Counted from the stretch's first letter, positions 1-13,031 are shown. The stretch is 64,000 bases of DNA from Alphaproteobacteria bacterium (GCA_964291395.2 OZ219856.1:1408001-1472000); one strand, 5' to 3'. Made by a program: numbers and translations. The notes: generated by a model not told the origin, from the sequence alone.

Positions 1-28
1 CGGCGTCTCTCTTGTATGTTTGCGGTCC

Positions 29-1657
29 ATGACGCGGTACATCTTTATTACCGGCGGCGTCGTCTCCTCCCTCGGAAAAGGTCTCGCTTCTGCAGCGCTC
101 GGCGCGGTGCTGCAGGCACGTGGATTCAAGGTGCGCCTGCGCAAGCTGGATCCCTATCTCAACGTCGATCCGGGAACGATGAACCCCTACCAGCACGGCG
201 AAGTGTACGTTACCGATGACGGGGCGGAGACGGACCTCGATCTCGGCCATTACGAGCGTTTTACCGGCGTCTCGGCGCGGCAGAGCGACAACGTGACGTC
301 GGGGCGTCTCTATCAGCGCATCATCGGGAGAGAGAGGAAGGGTGACTATTTGGGGGCGACCGTCCAGGTCATTCCTCACGTGACAGACGCGATCAAGGAA
401 TTTATCACTGCCGATGTGGAGGATCGAGATTTCGTGCTGTGCGAGATCGGGGGCACGGTAGGCGATATCGAGGGATTGCCGTTTTTCGAGGCGATCAGAC
501 AGCTCGGCAACGAACTCGGCCGCGACCGGGCGCTTTTCGTCCATCTGACCCTTCTTCCCTACATTCCGTCAGCGGGTGAGTTGAAGACGAAACCCACGCA
601 GCACTCGGTAAAGGAACTGCGGGGGATCGGAATTCAGCCCGACATACTTCTGTGCCGGTGCGATCGGGAAATTCCGGCGAACGAACGGCGTAAGATCGCT
701 CTGTTCTGCAACGTTCGAGACGAAGCCGTGATCCCGGCGCTCGACGTGGAATCGATCTATGAAGTCCCGCTCCGCTACCACCAGGCCGGCCTGGACCGTC
801 AAATCCTGCAGGCCTTTGGAATATCCGGAGTGCCTGAGCCCGACCTCGGCGTCTGGGAAGACATCACGGCCCGGCTTATGGCTCCCGAAGGCGAAGTCAA
901 GATCGCCGTGGTGGGTAAGTACACGGGCCTCAAGGACGCCTACAAATCGCTCGATGAAGCGTTGGTTCACGGTGGCATAGCCAACAAGGTCCAGGTCGAT
1001 ATCGAATGGATCGAGTCCGAGACGTTCGAGCGGGACGGCAGGCTCCATTATCTGGAGGGAGTCAACGGGATCCTGGTGCCGGGCGGCTTCGGTGAGCGCG
1101 GCATCGAAGGAAAGATCGCGGCCGCCAGGATCGCCCGAGAACGCCGGATCCCCTATTTCGGAATCTGTCTCGGCATGCAGATGGCCGTGATCGAGACGGC
1201 CCGCAACATGGCCGATTTGCCGGGTTCGGGGTCCACCGAATTCGGTGAATGCGAGGACGCGGTCGTCGGCCTTATGACGGAGTGGGAGAGGGAAGGGCGG
1301 AAGGAGTATCGCGACGAAACCAGCGACGCTGGCGGTACGATGCGACTCGGCGCCTATGATTGCGTCATCAGTCCGACGAGCAAAGTTTTCGGGATCTACG
1401 GACAGGAACGGATCAGGGAGCGCCATCGCCATCGCTATGAGATCAATCTCGCCTACGAGAATGTTCTGGCGAAATCAGGCGTCATATTCCCAGGCAAATC
1501 GCCGGACGGACTTCTTCCTGAAATCTTGGAGGTTCCGGATCACCCGTGGTTTATCGGGGTCCAGTTCCATCCGGAGTTGAAGTCCAAGCCGTTCGATCCC
1601 CACCCGTTATTCGCGTCATTCATCGAGGCCGCAGTCGCGCAGTCGAGGCTCGTGTGA
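29..1657 (+). CDS. pyrG: CTP synthase
   Basis: N-terminal [15 protein letters not shown]; glutamine amidotransferase motifs GICLGMQ and QFHPE; ATG at 29 preferred over the ORF-track start at 20. Confidence 0.98.
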   Translation: MTRYIFITGGVVSSLGKGLASAALGAVLQARGFKVRLRKLDPYLNVDPGTMNPYQHGEVYVTDDGAETDLDLGHYERFTGVSARQSDNVTSGRLYQRIIGRERKGDYLGATVQVIPHVTDAIKEFITADVEDRDFVLCEIGGTVGDIEGLPFFEAIRQLGNELGRDRALFVHLTLLPYIPSAGELKTKPTQHSVKELRGIGIQPDILLCRCDREIPANERRKIALFCNVRDEAVIPALDVESIYEVPLRYHQAGLDRQILQAFGISGVPEPDLGVWEDITARLMAPEGEVKIAVVGKYTGLKDAYKSLDEALVHGGIANKVQVDIEWIESETFERDGRLHYLEGVNGILVPGGFGERGIEGKIAAARIARERRIPYFGICLGMQMAVIETARNMADLPGSGSTEFGECEDAVVGLMTEWEREGRKEYRDETSDAGGTMRLGAYDCVISPTSKVFGIYGQERIRERHRHRYEINLAYENVLAKSGVIFPGKSPDGLLPEILEVPDHPWFIGVQFHPELKSKPFDPHPLFASFIEAAVAQSRLV

Positions 1658-2493
1658 TGGCGGAGGGCACTCGTCATGTGGCGGTCAAGGAGCTGACTCT
1701 CGGCAACGACCTGCCTCTCACATTGATCGCCGGTCCCTGCGCCATGGAGAGCCGGCAGCACGCGCTGGATATTTCGGGAGAACTCGCCGAAATCTCGGAG
1801 AGATTGGGCATCGGCCTCGTCTACAAGACCTCCTTCGACAAGGCCAACCGAACAAGCGCCGCGAGTCCGCGGGGAATCGGACTGGAAGGGGCGCTCCCCG
1901 TATTCGCCGAAATCCGAGAAGCGGTCGGCTGTCCTGTCCTGACGGATGTTCACGGCGAGGCGCAGTGCGACGAGCTTAGCGAGGTTGTCGATGTCCTCCA
2001 AATTCCCGCGTTTCTGTGTCGGCAGACGGATTTGCTGCTCGCCGCTGCGCGGACCGGGTGCGCTGTCAATATCAAGAAGGGACAGTTTCTCGCGCCTTGG
2101 GACATGAGGAACGTTGCCGAGAAGATCAGCGGTGCGGGGAACGACCGAATCCTTCTTACGGAGCGGGGTGCCAGTTTTGGATACAACACGCTGGTCAGCG
2201 ACATGCGGTCGCTCCCCATCCTCGCGCGGACCGGCTATCCAGTCGTTTTCGATGCGACTCATTCGGTGCAGCAGCCCGGCGGGTTGGGAACACGCAGCGG
2301 CGGAGACCGGGAATTCGTTCCGGTCTTGGCCCGCGCGGCGGTCGCGGTTGGAGTTTCCGCCGTATTCATGGAAACGCACGAGGACCCCGACAATGCCCCT
2401 TCCGATGGCCCCAATATGGTGCGCCTTTCGGAGATCGAGTCGATCGTGAGCCGTCTCATGGAATTCGACCGACTCGCCAAGAGATCGAACTGA
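1657..2493 (+). CDS. kdsA: 3-deoxy-8-phosphooctulonate (KDO8P) synthase
   Basis: [27 protein letters not shown] and DATHSVQ motifs; ATG overlaps the pyrG stop (TGATG). Confidence 0.97.
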   Translation: MAEGTRHVAVKELTLGNDLPLTLIAGPCAMESRQHALDISGELAEISERLGIGLVYKTSFDKANRTSAASPRGIGLEGALPVFAEIREAVGCPVLTDVHGEAQCDELSEVVDVLQIPAFLCRQTDLLLAAARTGCAVNIKKGQFLAPWDMRNVAEKISGAGNDRILLTERGASFGYNTLVSDMRSLPILARTGYPVVFDATHSVQQPGGLGTRSGGDREFVPVLARAAVAVGVSAVFMETHEDPDNAPSDGPNMVRLSEIESIVSRLMEFDRLAKRSN

Positions 2494-2501
2494 CGCCTTG
2501 A

Positions 2502-3863
<1,362 letters not shown>

Positions 3864-3889
3864 CGGGCACGGTCGCACAGGACACATGA

Positions 3890-3976
3890 GATTCGTGATT
3901 CTGGATATCAATCCCTCCCGCTAAGTCACAGACTCTTAAAGAATTTTCTTGACATAGAAGAATCGCCTGTGATTCG
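3890..3976 (+). promoter_or_regulatory. ftsB promoter region: TTGACA -35 and five GANTC (CcrM-type) sites
   Basis: GANTC at 3890, 3897, 3931, 3960 and 3971; TTGACA at 3949-3954. Confidence 0.6.
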
Positions 3977-3984
3977 GTGGTACC

Positions 3985-4296
3985 ATGACCGCCACGCGCG
4001 AACTGTCCCGGCGGCTTCGCCATTGCATGCTGCCGTTGCTGTGCGTCGCGACCATCGCCTACATCGGGTATCACGCCGTTCAAGGTGATCGCGGCCTCGC
4101 GGCTTGGCGCCAGTTGAGTCAGCGAATCGATCGGGTAGAGGCGGAATTGCACGCCGCGCGGGTGGCGCGAGAGCGGCTGGAGCACCGGGTCTCTCTGTTG
4201 CGCCCCGATGGATTGGACCGCGATATGCTCGATGAGCGCGCCCGTCTCGTCCTGGGTCTCGCGCATCCCGACGAGATCATTTACTTGACGCGCTGA
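3985..4296 (+). CDS. ftsB: septum formation initiator FtsB/DivIC family
   Basis: single TM segment, YHAVQGDRGL, coiled coil, DMLDERAR; usual position after eno. Confidence 0.88.
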   Translation: MTATRELSRRLRHCMLPLLCVATIAYIGYHAVQGDRGLAAWRQLSQRIDRVEAELHAARVARERLEHRVSLLRPDGLDRDMLDERARLVLGLAHPDEIIYLTR

Positions 4297-4583
4297 GAGT
4301 GCCAACCGGCCGACGGGAGCGGTTCAGTTCCCTCCTGCGTAGGCGGCCGCTCGTCACGAACGAAGGACGTTTCTCCGTGCCGGGGATCGGATTTTTGATC
4401 AGTTCGCGGGACGTTAGGGAAAATTGTCCGACTCACGAACAGTTGTTCCGCAGCGAACCACGCTCGCGGTATCATCCCGCTGTGGATATCCCGAGTCGAT
4501 GGTACCTCCGAGGGCGCGGCGGTTCGCAGTGTCGAGCGCCCGGCCGGCGGCACACTTCGGGACGGCTTGGTTGAGGGGAGACC

Positions 4584-5648
4584 ATGGCGCAGAGGCGCTT
4601 GAAGAATGGCGACGCCGGAGCGGGAACCGCGAACGGGGCGCGCGCCAAGCGAACTGGCAGTTCTGGCCGCTCCAAGAAGTCACCCGCAATCTCCGGAGAA
4701 CTGCTCGACTACTACCGCCAGATGCTTCTGATCCGGCGTTTCGAGGAACGTGCGGGTCAGTTATATGGCATGGGCCTGATTGGCGGGTTTTGCCATCTCT
4801 ACATCGGTCAAGAGGCGGTCGTGGTGGGCCTTCAGGCGGCCATCACGGCGGATGACTGCGTCATTACCGGATATCGTGACCATGGTCATATGCTGGCCTG
4901 CGGCATGGATCCGAGGGGCGTCATGGCGGAACTGACCGGGCGGAGCGGCGGTTACTCGAAAGGCAAGGGCGGATCCATGCACATGTTTTCCCGCGAGAAG
5001 AATTTCTATGGCGGGCACGGCATCGTTGGGGCCTGGGTCCCCTTGGGCACGGGTCTGGCGTTCGCGGAGAAGTACAACGGTACGAACAACGTCGTCATAA
5101 CCTACTTCGGGGATGGGGCCGCGAACCAAGGTCAGGTATACGAATCGTTCAACATGGCCGAACTCTGGAGTCTGCCTGTCGTGTTCGTGGTGGAGAACAA
5201 CCAGTACGCGATGGGAACGTCGGTAACGCGATCTTCCGCGCAAACGGAACTGTACCGTCGCGGTGAAAGCTTCACCATCCCGGGCGAGCAAGTGGATGGT
5301 ATGGATGTGCTGGCGGTCAAGGAGGCCGGCGACTGGGCCGTCAAGCATTGCCGGGACGGTAACGGACCGATTCTTCTCGAGATGAAGACATACCGGTATC
5401 GGGGCCATTCGATGTCCGACCCGGCGAAGTACAGATCTCGCGAGGAAGTGCGGAGGGTTCGGGAAGAGCGAGACCCCATCGATCACGCCCGAGCTTTCAT
5501 ATTGGAGGCGAGGTTGGCGGACGAGGACGCTTTGAAGGAAATCGACCGGGAGGTCAGGGAAGTGGTGGCGGAAGCCGCGGCGTTCGCGCAAGAAAGCCCG
5601 GAGCCTGGTCCCTCGGAACTCCATACCGACGTCTTGATCGAAGTCTGA
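4584..5648 (+). CDS. pdhA: pyruvate dehydrogenase E1 alpha subunit
   Basis: GFCHLYIGQEA, TPP motif GDGAANQGQ, YRYRGHSMSDP. Confidence 0.97.
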   Translation: MAQRRLKNGDAGAGTANGARAKRTGSSGRSKKSPAISGELLDYYRQMLLIRRFEERAGQLYGMGLIGGFCHLYIGQEAVVVGLQAAITADDCVITGYRDHGHMLACGMDPRGVMAELTGRSGGYSKGKGGSMHMFSREKNFYGGHGIVGAWVPLGTGLAFAEKYNGTNNVVITYFGDGAANQGQVYESFNMAELWSLPVVFVVENNQYAMGTSVTRSSAQTELYRRGESFTIPGEQVDGMDVLAVKEAGDWAVKHCRDGNGPILLEMKTYRYRGHSMSDPAKYRSREEVRRVREERDPIDHARAFILEARLADEDALKEIDREVREVVAEAAAFAQESPEPGPSELHTDVLIEV

Positions 5649-5917
5649 GCGGGGCTCGTATTGGCCGGATAAGCAGTCCGATGGGCATGGCGGTGTGCTC
5701 AAATACGATATCCGCGCGCACCTTCTTCCCAGCCTGCGTTCACCTCTTCACAGCGCCCTCTCTTTCGGTAGAGCACACAGCGACCACCTCCCGATCCAGA
5801 CCGTGCTCAGCCTGCGGGTTGGGGACCGTCGGCCCCAGCCGCCTGGACCCCGACCGGTAGTTCCGACCGTGTCCCGTGATAGTTGGATCGAGCCGATTTA
5901 ATGTCGTAACATTTATC

Positions 5918-6157
5918 ATGCCGATCGAGTTTGACGCGGCGAAGCGCGCGGCCACCTTCTAGGCTAGAGGACTGGACATGGACCAGGTCGGGAAGGTGTT
6001 CGTGGGCGCCGCGCCGACTGTCGAGGGCGACCAGCGGGACTATGGCGAGGACCGCTTCATCACCATCGGGTTCCGCGACACCGGAACGGTGGTTATGCTC
6101 CGGACTCCGCGCGACCACGCGCTTCGCGAGTGGATCGGAAAGTACGGCGCCGCGTAA
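5918..6157 (+). pseudogene. BrnT-family (DUF497) toxin pseudogene
   Basis: Not in the ORF track. Reads MPIEFDAAKRAATF*ARGLDMDQVGKVFVGAAPTVEGDQRDYGEDRFITIGFRDTGTVVMLRTPR; the EFDxAK and DYGExRFITIG motifs are BrnT-like; in-frame TAG at 5960-5962; the usual C-terminal IISxRKAN motif is missing. Confidence 0.8.
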
Positions 6158-6295
6158 TCTTCGTGTGCGGGCGAAGAAGTTCGACATTGTTCCGCTCCGC
6201 CTCCTGTGCGATGGCGTATCCTGGGGGAGCCGGCGATTTGGTGCGCGGCGTCGTGGCAAACCACAACGGCGCGGCCGGGGGCCGGGGAAGCAGCT

Positions 6296-7675
6296 ATGCC
6301 TACTGAACTCCTGATGCCAGCCCTGTCGCCGACGATGACCGAAGGCACCCTTGCGCGATGGCTCGTCAGAGAAGGCGACTCGGTGACGTCGGGCGACGTT
6401 CTCGCCGAGATCGAAACCGACAAGGCGACGATGGAGCTCGAAGCCGTCGACGACGGCGCGATCGGTAAACTGCTGGTCCCGGAAGGAACCGATGGCGTTC
6501 AGGTCAACCAGCCGATCGCCATATTGCTGGCCGAAGGCGAGAGTGCAGGCGCGATCGATGTTCCCGCACCCGCCGCGACCGCGGCAAAAACTGGCGAGGC
6601 GTCCGCGCCAGCCGGAAGCTTCGGGACGGTGGGAGCCGTGCAACCCGAAGCGGCGCAGCCGCCGGATGTCGGCGTGCCCGCGGGCACGGAAACGGTTTCG
6701 CTCACCGTGCGCGAGGCGCTCCGCGACGCCATGGCGGAGGAGATGCGTCGGGATCCGAAGGTGTTCCTGATGGGCGAGGAGGTCGCCGAATACGAAGGTG
6801 CCTACAAGGTCAGTCAGGGACTGCTCGACGAATTCGGCCCACGGCGCGTGATCGATACGCCCATCACGGAGCAGGGATTTGCCGGAATTGGCGTCGGGGC
6901 GGCGTTCAACGGCCTGCGCCCCATCGTCGAATTCATGACCTTCAATTTCGCAATGCAGGCCATTGATCAGATCGTGAATTCCGCTGCCAAGACCCTGTAC
7001 ATGTCGGGCGGTCAGATGACCTGTGCCATCGTGTTCCGCGGCCCAAACGGCGCCGCTTCACGCGTCGCGGCCCAGCACAGCCAGGATTATGCTTCCTGGT
7101 ACTCGAATGTACCGGGCCTCAAGGTCGTAGCGCCGTGTTTCGCGACCGATGCCAAGGGGTTGTTGAAGGCCGCCATTCGCGACCCCAACCCCGTCGTGTT
7201 TCTCGAGAATGAGCTTCTCTACGGGCACGAGGGAGACGTACCGGTTCTCGACGATTTCGTCGTTCCCATCGGTCGGGCCAACGTGGTTCGCGGCGGTGCG
7301 GACGTCACGATCGTGAGTTATTCGATCGGCGTGGAGAAGTCCTTGCAGGCCGCGGCGACACTTGAGGCGGAAGGAATCGATGCGGAAGTCATCGATCTGC
7401 GAACGCTGCGTCCCATGGACACCGAAACCATCGTCGATTCCGTCAAAAGAACCAATCGGTTGGTGACCGTCGAGGAGGCCTGGGGAACCTGCGGGATTGG
7501 CGCCGAGATTGCCGCCCGCATGATGGAACAGGCGTTCGACTGGCTCGACGCGCCCGTGGTGCGTGTCAGCGGCAAGGACGTGCCGATGCCGTACGCCGCC
7601 AATCTCGAGCGGCTTGCTTTGCCACAGGCGGCCGACATCGCGGAAGCCGCCAAATCCGCGTGCTATAGGTCCTGA
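6296..7675 (+). CDS. pdhB: pyruvate dehydrogenase E1 beta subunit with N-terminal lipoyl domain
   Basis: [15 protein letters not shown] lipoyl domain; [13 protein letters not shown] and DTPITEQGF. Confidence 0.97.
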   Translation: MPTELLMPALSPTMTEGTLARWLVREGDSVTSGDVLAEIETDKATMELEAVDDGAIGKLLVPEGTDGVQVNQPIAILLAEGESAGAIDVPAPAATAAKTGEASAPAGSFGTVGAVQPEAAQPPDVGVPAGTETVSLTVREALRDAMAEEMRRDPKVFLMGEEVAEYEGAYKVSQGLLDEFGPRRVIDTPITEQGFAGIGVGAAFNGLRPIVEFMTFNFAMQAIDQIVNSAAKTLYMSGGQMTCAIVFRGPNGAASRVAAQHSQDYASWYSNVPGLKVVAPCFATDAKGLLKAAIRDPNPVVFLENELLYGHEGDVPVLDDFVVPIGRANVVRGGADVTIVSYSIGVEKSLQAAATLEAEGIDAEVIDLRTLRPMDTETIVDSVKRTNRLVTVEEAWGTCGIGAEIAARMMEQAFDWLDAPVVRVSGKDVPMPYAANLERLALPQAADIAEAAKSACYRS

Positions 7676-7684
7676 GGAGCCAGA

Positions 7685-8908
7685 ATGCCGACGACCATTA
7701 CCATGCCGGCCCTGTCGCCAACTATGACGGAGGGGACGCTCGCCCGCTGGCTCATCAAAGAAGGTGACAGCGTGTCGGCTGGTGATGTCATCGCCGAGAT
7801 CGAGACGGACAAGGCGGCCATGGAGATCGAGGCCGTCGACGAGGGTTCCGTGGGACGGCTTCTCGTGATCGAAGGAACGGAAGGCGTCTCGGTGAACCAG
7901 CCGATCGCGGTGTTGCTCGAAGATGGGGAGGATGCCTCGGCGCTCGACGGATTTCTGCCGGCGGACGGGGCGCCGGCACCCACCTCCCAGGCGAGCCCCC
8001 CGGAAGGATCCCCGGCTCCGGCAACCGACAGAGCTTTTGTCAGTCCGTTGGCGCGCCGGATGGCAGAAAAGGCGGGACTCGACCTAGCGGTAATCGAGGG
8101 AACCGGTCCCCGCGGCAGGATCGTGAAGTCCGATATCGAGGCGGCGCTCTCGGCGGGAGCGACCCGGGCCGCGCCGGTGCCTCGAGTTGCCGCTTCTCCA
8201 GCGGCTCCGCCGCCGCCCGCCGGCGGGAGCGAGGTCGTCCCGCACACCAACATGCGGAAGGTGATCGCCCATAGGCTCTTGGAGTCGAAGCAGACGATTC
8301 CCCACTTCTATCTCACGATCGACTGCGAGATTGATCGCCTGTTGGCCATGCGGAGGGAACTCAACGACCGTGACGACGCCGATTACAAGATTTCGGTGAA
8401 CGACTTCGTCATTCGAGCCTCGGCCCTGGCGCTGCGCAAGACCCCGGAGGCCAACGCGAGCTGGTCCGATGAGGGTATGATCCGATACGGCTCCGTGGAC
8501 GTTTCCGTCGCCGTAGCGGTCGACGCGGGTTTGATCACGCCCGTCATCCGGAACGCCGACCAGAAAGGCTTGGCGGAAATTTCGGTTGAGATGAAGGACC
8601 TCGCGGTCCGCGCGCGGAACGGCAAGTTGATGCCCGAGGAATACCAAGGCGGTACGTTCTCGATCTCGAACCTCGGCATGTTTGGCGTTCGGGAGTTCAG
8701 CGCGATCATCAATCCGCCTCAATCCGCAATTCTCGCCGTGGGCGCGGGCGGACAGCGTCCGGTAGTAAAGGAGGGAGCGCTGAATGTGGCGACCGTGATG
8801 AGCTGTACCCTTTCGTGCGATCATCGAGTGGTCGATGGCGCATTGGGAGCGCAATTGCTGGCCGTATTCAAGGGATTCATCGAGGATCCCGTGACGATGC
8901 TCCTGTAG
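7685..8908 (+). CDS. pdhC: dihydrolipoamide acetyltransferase (PDH E2)
   Basis: lipoyl domain, E3-binding GTGPRGRI, catalytic DHRVVDGA. Confidence 0.96.
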   Translation: MPTTITMPALSPTMTEGTLARWLIKEGDSVSAGDVIAEIETDKAAMEIEAVDEGSVGRLLVIEGTEGVSVNQPIAVLLEDGEDASALDGFLPADGAPAPTSQASPPEGSPAPATDRAFVSPLARRMAEKAGLDLAVIEGTGPRGRIVKSDIEAALSAGATRAAPVPRVAASPAAPPPPAGGSEVVPHTNMRKVIAHRLLESKQTIPHFYLTIDCEIDRLLAMRRELNDRDDADYKISVNDFVIRASALALRKTPEANASWSDEGMIRYGSVDVSVAVAVDAGLITPVIRNADQKGLAEISVEMKDLAVRARNGKLMPEEYQGGTFSISNLGMFGVREFSAIINPPQSAILAVGAGGQRPVVKEGALNVATVMSCTLSCDHRVVDGALGAQLLAVFKGFIEDPVTMLL

Positions 8909-8929
8909 CGGGCCGCTCGCGGCAGCCGA

Positions 8930-10333
8930 ATGACCGGGAATACATACGACCTCGTCGTCGTGGGTGGTGGGCCGGGCGGCTACGTCGCTGCCATCAGGTC
9001 GGCGCAGCTGGGCATGAAAACGGCGGTCGTCGAGGCGGAACACCTCGGCGGCATCTGCCTCAACTGGGGTTGCATTCCGACCAAGGCGCTGTTGCGAGCC
9101 TCGGAGATCCGGCACTTGATGAGCCGCTTGGACGAATTCGGCTTGTCTGCCAAAGACATATCCGTAGATCTCAAGAAAATAGTAGAGCGCAGCCGCAACG
9201 TCGCCGGACAACTGGCTGGCGGCGTCGCGCACCTCATGAGAAAGAACGAGATCGATGTCATCAAGGGATGGGGACGCCTCGCTGGGCCGGGCAGGTTGGC
9301 GGTCTTACCGAAGGACGGGAAAACCCGGGAGATCTCGGCCCCGCACATCGTATTGGCCACCGGCGCTCGCGCGCGCGACCTTCCCGGGCTGGAAGCGGAC
9401 GGAAAACGGATCTGGACCTATCGGGAAGCCATGGTGCCCGACATTCTTCCAAAATCCCTGTTGGTCGTCGGATCAGGCGCCATCGGTATCGAGTTCGCCA
9501 GCTTTTTCAATGAGTTGGGTTCCGATGTCACGGTGGTCGAGGTTCTCGACCGCGTGCTTCCGGTCGAGGATGCGGAGATTTCCGAGCTCGCCCGTAAGTC
9601 GTTTGAAAGTCAGGGGATGACCATTCACACCGGCGCGGCCGTTACCGCCTTGGAGAGAACGAAGGGGACAGTGACGGCGAACGTCAGGCTCGGTGACGGC
9701 GGAGAGCAAGGCATCGAATGCGACCGGGTGATCATGGCGGTCGGCATCACGGGAAATGTCGAAGATCTGGGCCTTGAGGAGGCCGGGGTGAACGTTGACC
9801 GGGGCCACGTCGTCGTCAACGAGTGGTGCGAGACCGATGTTCCAGGGGTCTACGCGGTCGGCGACTTGGCCGGTCCGCCGTGGCTGGCCCACAAGGCGAG
9901 CCATGAGGGCGTGCTCTGCGTGGAGCGGATTGCCGGCATCGAGGGCGTGCATCCATTGGACACCACGAAAATACCGGGATGTACCTATTGCGCACCACAG
10001 GTCGCGAGCGTAGGGCTTACCGAGGCTGCGGCGATCGAGGCCGGACATCGGGTGCGCGTCGGCCGGTTTCCGTTCATTGGAAACGGGAAGGCGGTCGCGC
10101 TGGGTGAACCGGAAGGGCTGGTGAAGACCGTATTTGACGCGGACACGGGCGAATTACTCGGAGCGCACATGATCGGTGCCGAGGTGACCGAGCTCATTCA
10201 CGGTTTCACCGTGGCTCGCACCCTCGAATGCACCGAAGCGGATCTGGTCCATTCCGTGTTCCCGCACCCGACGCTTTCCGAAATGATGCACGAGTCCGTG
10301 CTTGACGCACTGGGCCGCGTCATCCACTTCTGA
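8930..10333 (+). CDS. lpdA: dihydrolipoyl dehydrogenase (E3)
   Basis: GGGPGGY, redox disulfide GGICLNWGCIPTK, HPTLSE. Confidence 0.97.
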   Translation: MTGNTYDLVVVGGGPGGYVAAIRSAQLGMKTAVVEAEHLGGICLNWGCIPTKALLRASEIRHLMSRLDEFGLSAKDISVDLKKIVERSRNVAGQLAGGVAHLMRKNEIDVIKGWGRLAGPGRLAVLPKDGKTREISAPHIVLATGARARDLPGLEADGKRIWTYREAMVPDILPKSLLVVGSGAIGIEFASFFNELGSDVTVVEVLDRVLPVEDAEISELARKSFESQGMTIHTGAAVTALERTKGTVTANVRLGDGGEQGIECDRVIMAVGITGNVEDLGLEEAGVNVDRGHVVVNEWCETDVPGVYAVGDLAGPPWLAHKASHEGVLCVERIAGIEGVHPLDTTKIPGCTYCAPQVASVGLTEAAAIEAGHRVRVGRFPFIGNGKAVALGEPEGLVKTVFDADTGELLGAHMIGAEVTELIHGFTVARTLECTEADLVHSVFPHPTLSEMMHESVLDALGRVIHF

Positions 10334-10339
10334 GCGAGC

Positions 10340-11308
10340 ATGGCAAGCGACACGAACAGCGACGCCGCCGCGTTACGGCACCCGGAAAAGCGCAATCGTC
10401 CGGCAAGCCCGTCTCCACGCAAACCGCCGTGGATCCGGGTGAAGGCGCCGACGTCCGCCGAGTATCACGAGACTCGCAGGCTGATGCGCGATTTGCGGTT
10501 GAACACCGTGTGCGAGGAAGCTGCCTGTCCCAACATCGGAGAATGCTGGGCGCACGGGCATGCGACGGTGATGATTCTCGGCGAAATCTGCACGCGGGCG
10601 TGCGCCTTTTGCAATGTCGCGACGGGCCGGCCTCATGCGGTCGATCCGGCGGAACCCGAGAATGTTGGGCGCGCGGCGGCGACCTTGGGACTCCATCACA
10701 TCGTAATCACATCCGTAGACCGCGACGATCTGGACGATGGCGGCGCCGACCAATTCGTGCAGGTCATCCGGTCGGTCCGCGGTCATGCGCCGGGTACCAC
10801 GATTGAAGTGCTGACCCCCGATTTTCTGCGCAAGCCCGGCGCCGTCGAGGCGGTCGTGGCGGCGAAGCCCGACGTTTACAACCACAATCTGGAAACGGTG
10901 CCGCGCCTCTATCCGACCATCCGGCCGGGCGCACGGTATTTCCATTCGCTGAGGTTGCTGGATCGGGTCAAGCAACTCGATCCGTCGATTTTTACTAAAT
11001 CAGGAATGATGGTGGGCCTCGGCGAGGGTTATTTGGAAGTCGTCCAGGTCATGGACGACATGCGGTCTGCCGACGTTGATTTCGTGACGATTGGACAATA
11101 TCTCCAGCCGACTGCGCGGCACGCGCAGGTCGATCGATTCGTCACGCCGGAGGAATTCGGACGTTACGAGACCACGGCCTGGGCCAAGGGATTCCGGATG
11201 GTGTCCGCGTCGCCGCTTACGCGGTCGTCCTATCACGCAGGCGACGACTTCGAGAGATTGCGGGCGTCACGGGACGCCAGGCCTGTGGACACCAGGCCGC
11301 CAAGCTAG
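10340..11308 (+). CDS. lipA: lipoyl synthase
   Basis: [12 protein letters not shown], radical-SAM [14 protein letters not shown]. Confidence 0.97.
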   Translation: MASDTNSDAAALRHPEKRNRPASPSPRKPPWIRVKAPTSAEYHETRRLMRDLRLNTVCEEAACPNIGECWAHGHATVMILGEICTRACAFCNVATGRPHAVDPAEPENVGRAAATLGLHHIVITSVDRDDLDDGGADQFVQVIRSVRGHAPGTTIEVLTPDFLRKPGAVEAVVAAKPDVYNHNLETVPRLYPTIRPGARYFHSLRLLDRVKQLDPSIFTKSGMMVGLGEGYLEVVQVMDDMRSADVDFVTIGQYLQPTARHAQVDRFVTPEEFGRYETTAWAKGFRMVSASPLTRSSYHAGDDFERLRASRDARPVDTRPPS

Positions 11309-11326
11309 TCACGTTCCTAGAGCCAA

Positions 11327-11785
11327 ATGCCGACGCACGCGGAGGTGCGGGTTCTTCACCATCCTGCCGAGCAGTTGTTCGATCTCGTGGCGGACGTGGA
11401 AAAGTATCCGGAGTTTCTCCCATGGTGCGTGGATGCTCGAATTCGCCGGCGCGAGGGCAGCCTGATCGTGGCCGACTTGGTCATCGGGTACCGCGTGTTT
11501 CGTGAACGCTTCACGTCCACGGTGGTTCTGAACCGTCCCGACCGCATCGACGTGACTTACGCGGAAGGGCCGTTCCGCTATTTGAACAACCATTGGATCT
11601 TCGTTCCCGAAGGCTCCGACTCCTGTACCATCGATTTCTTCGTCGACTTCGAATTTCACTCCCGCGTCCTTCAGGTTGTAGCGGAACGGGTGTTCGGTGA
11701 AGCGGTCAAGCTCATGGTCCACGCCTTTGAACGCCGGGCAGACGAGTTGTTCGGCAGCGATGTGCCGCCGGAAGACACGACCTAG
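11327..11785 (+). CDS. RatA/Coq10 START-domain protein
   Basis: LVADVEKYPEFLPWC, GPFRYLNNHW, AFERRA; usual neighbour of lipA. Confidence 0.9.
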   Translation: MPTHAEVRVLHHPAEQLFDLVADVEKYPEFLPWCVDARIRRREGSLIVADLVIGYRVFRERFTSTVVLNRPDRIDVTYAEGPFRYLNNHWIFVPEGSDSCTIDFFVDFEFHSRVLQVVAERVFGEAVKLMVHAFERRADELFGSDVPPEDTT

Positions 11786-11797
11786 AACCGTCTTGCT

Positions 11798-12511
11798 CTA
11801 GGTCAACGACCAATAGACGAAAGATACGACGATCGAGTTCTGCACCGCGTGAATGGCGATCGGCGTCCAGATCGAGCCGCTCAGTTCGAAGGCAGCCGCC
11901 AGCAACAGGCCCAGAAGAGCCACGATCAGCATCACCGGCAGGGAGTAGTAGAAATGGGCGCCGGCGAACAAGAGCGCGCTGACGGGGGCCGCGATGGACG
12001 GGTTCCACCGGTTTCTCAGCCAGCGATAGATTAGGCCGCGAAAGTAGAGTTCCTCGCCAAATGGCGCGAGAAATCCGATGAACACGAGAGCTCCCAACAG
12101 ACCCGTCCACGAGAATCCCTGCGGCGCAATGAGCCTCGTCGTCAGTTCGCTGGCCGAAACGTCGAGCGCGCGTCCGATCCCTTCGATTGCGACGACGGTG
12201 ACGATGCCTAGGCCAGGTGCCCCCCATAACCAGGGACTTTTCGGAATGCGGAATCCCAGGTCCCGCCAGGTCATTCGCCTCACGCGAAGCAGAATGGCCG
12301 CGACCGAGGCGATGACGGCGCCATTCAGTATGAGAATGCTGCCCAACACCACCGGCAAGCTCAATAGGCCTGACGGCGCCGAGGACAGGTGATCCGCGGC
12401 ACCGAGGAGTGCCGCGATCCCGACCGCGGATATCCCGGCAGTCAATATCGTGACGTACAGCACGTCACGTCCCCGCGGCCGTACCGACGGCTTGTTCGGG
12501 TTGTCGTTCAC
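11798..12511 (-). CDS. CPBP (CAAX/Abi) family intramembrane glutamic endopeptidase
   Basis: multiple TM helices with EELYFRG, FAGAH and HAVQN motifs; GTG start chosen just after the cinA stop. Confidence 0.85.
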   Translation of the reverse strand: MNDNPNKPSVRPRGRDVLYVTILTAGISAVGIAALLGAADHLSSAPSGLLSLPVVLGSILILNGAVIASVAAILLRVRRMTWRDLGFRIPKSPWLWGAPGLGIVTVVAIEGIGRALDVSASELTTRLIAPQGFSWTGLLGALVFIGFLAPFGEELYFRGLIYRWLRNRWNPSIAAPVSALLFAGAHFYYSLPVMLIVALLGLLLAAAFELSGSIWTPIAIHAVQNSIVVSFVYWSLT

Positions 12512-12515
12512 GGAA

Positions 12516-13031
12516 TCAGTCTGTGTCGTTGGACGGATACTCGGCAACCATACCGGCCAGAAGGTCGAGCGCCGCCAAGACCGTCGACTCGCGAATGGCT
12601 TCTCGTCCGATCTCACCGAATTCGCAGCGCCGATGAACGGTGCTTCCACCCTTGGAGGCGGATGCCAGATGCACCAGTCCCACGGGTTTTCCTGGCGAGC
12701 CGCCGCCGGGCCCCGCGACACCCGTCACGGCAATGCTGATCTCCGACGCGGACCGCCTTAGCGCGCCTAGCGCCATTTCCCTGGCCACGGGCTCGCTGAC
12801 GGCGCCGTGCGCGGCCAGGCTTTTTTCCGAAACCCCTAGATCTTCAGCTTTTGCTTCGTTCTGGTAGGTGACGAAGCCACGTTCGAAGACGTCGGAAGAG
12901 CCTGCGATTTCGGTCAACGCGGCGGAGATCAATCCGCCGGTGCACGACTCCGCCGTGGCCACGTGGAGTCCTTTGGACCGGCAGGCCTCGAGAAGGCACC
13001 GGGCTCTGGCGCGAATTTTCTTTCCAAACAT
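12516..13031 (-). CDS. CinA C-terminal domain protein (NMN deamidase, PncC-like)
   Basis: ATAESCTGG, GSS, HGAVS, TGVAGPGGG..KPVGLV. Confidence 0.92.
   Translation of the reverse strand: MFGKKIRARARCLLEACRSKGLHVATAESCTGGLISAALTEIAGSSDVFERGFVTYQNEAKAEDLGVSEKSLAAHGAVSEPVAREMALGALRRSASEISIAVTGVAGPGGGSPGKPVGLVHLASASKGGSTVHRRCEFGEIGREAIRESTVLAALDLLAGMVAEYPSNDTD

Noticed and set aside
5960-5962. In-frame TAG in brnT as programmed readthrough or recoding
   Set aside because: Other genes here end normally at TAG (pdhC, lipA, groEL); the C-terminus is also eroded and the antitoxin is absent, so decay is simpler
6296-7920. Similar DNA at the starts of pdhB and pdhC as a repeat or duplication
   Set aside because: Both encode lipoyl domains; a lipoylated E1-beta is normal in Alphaproteobacteria
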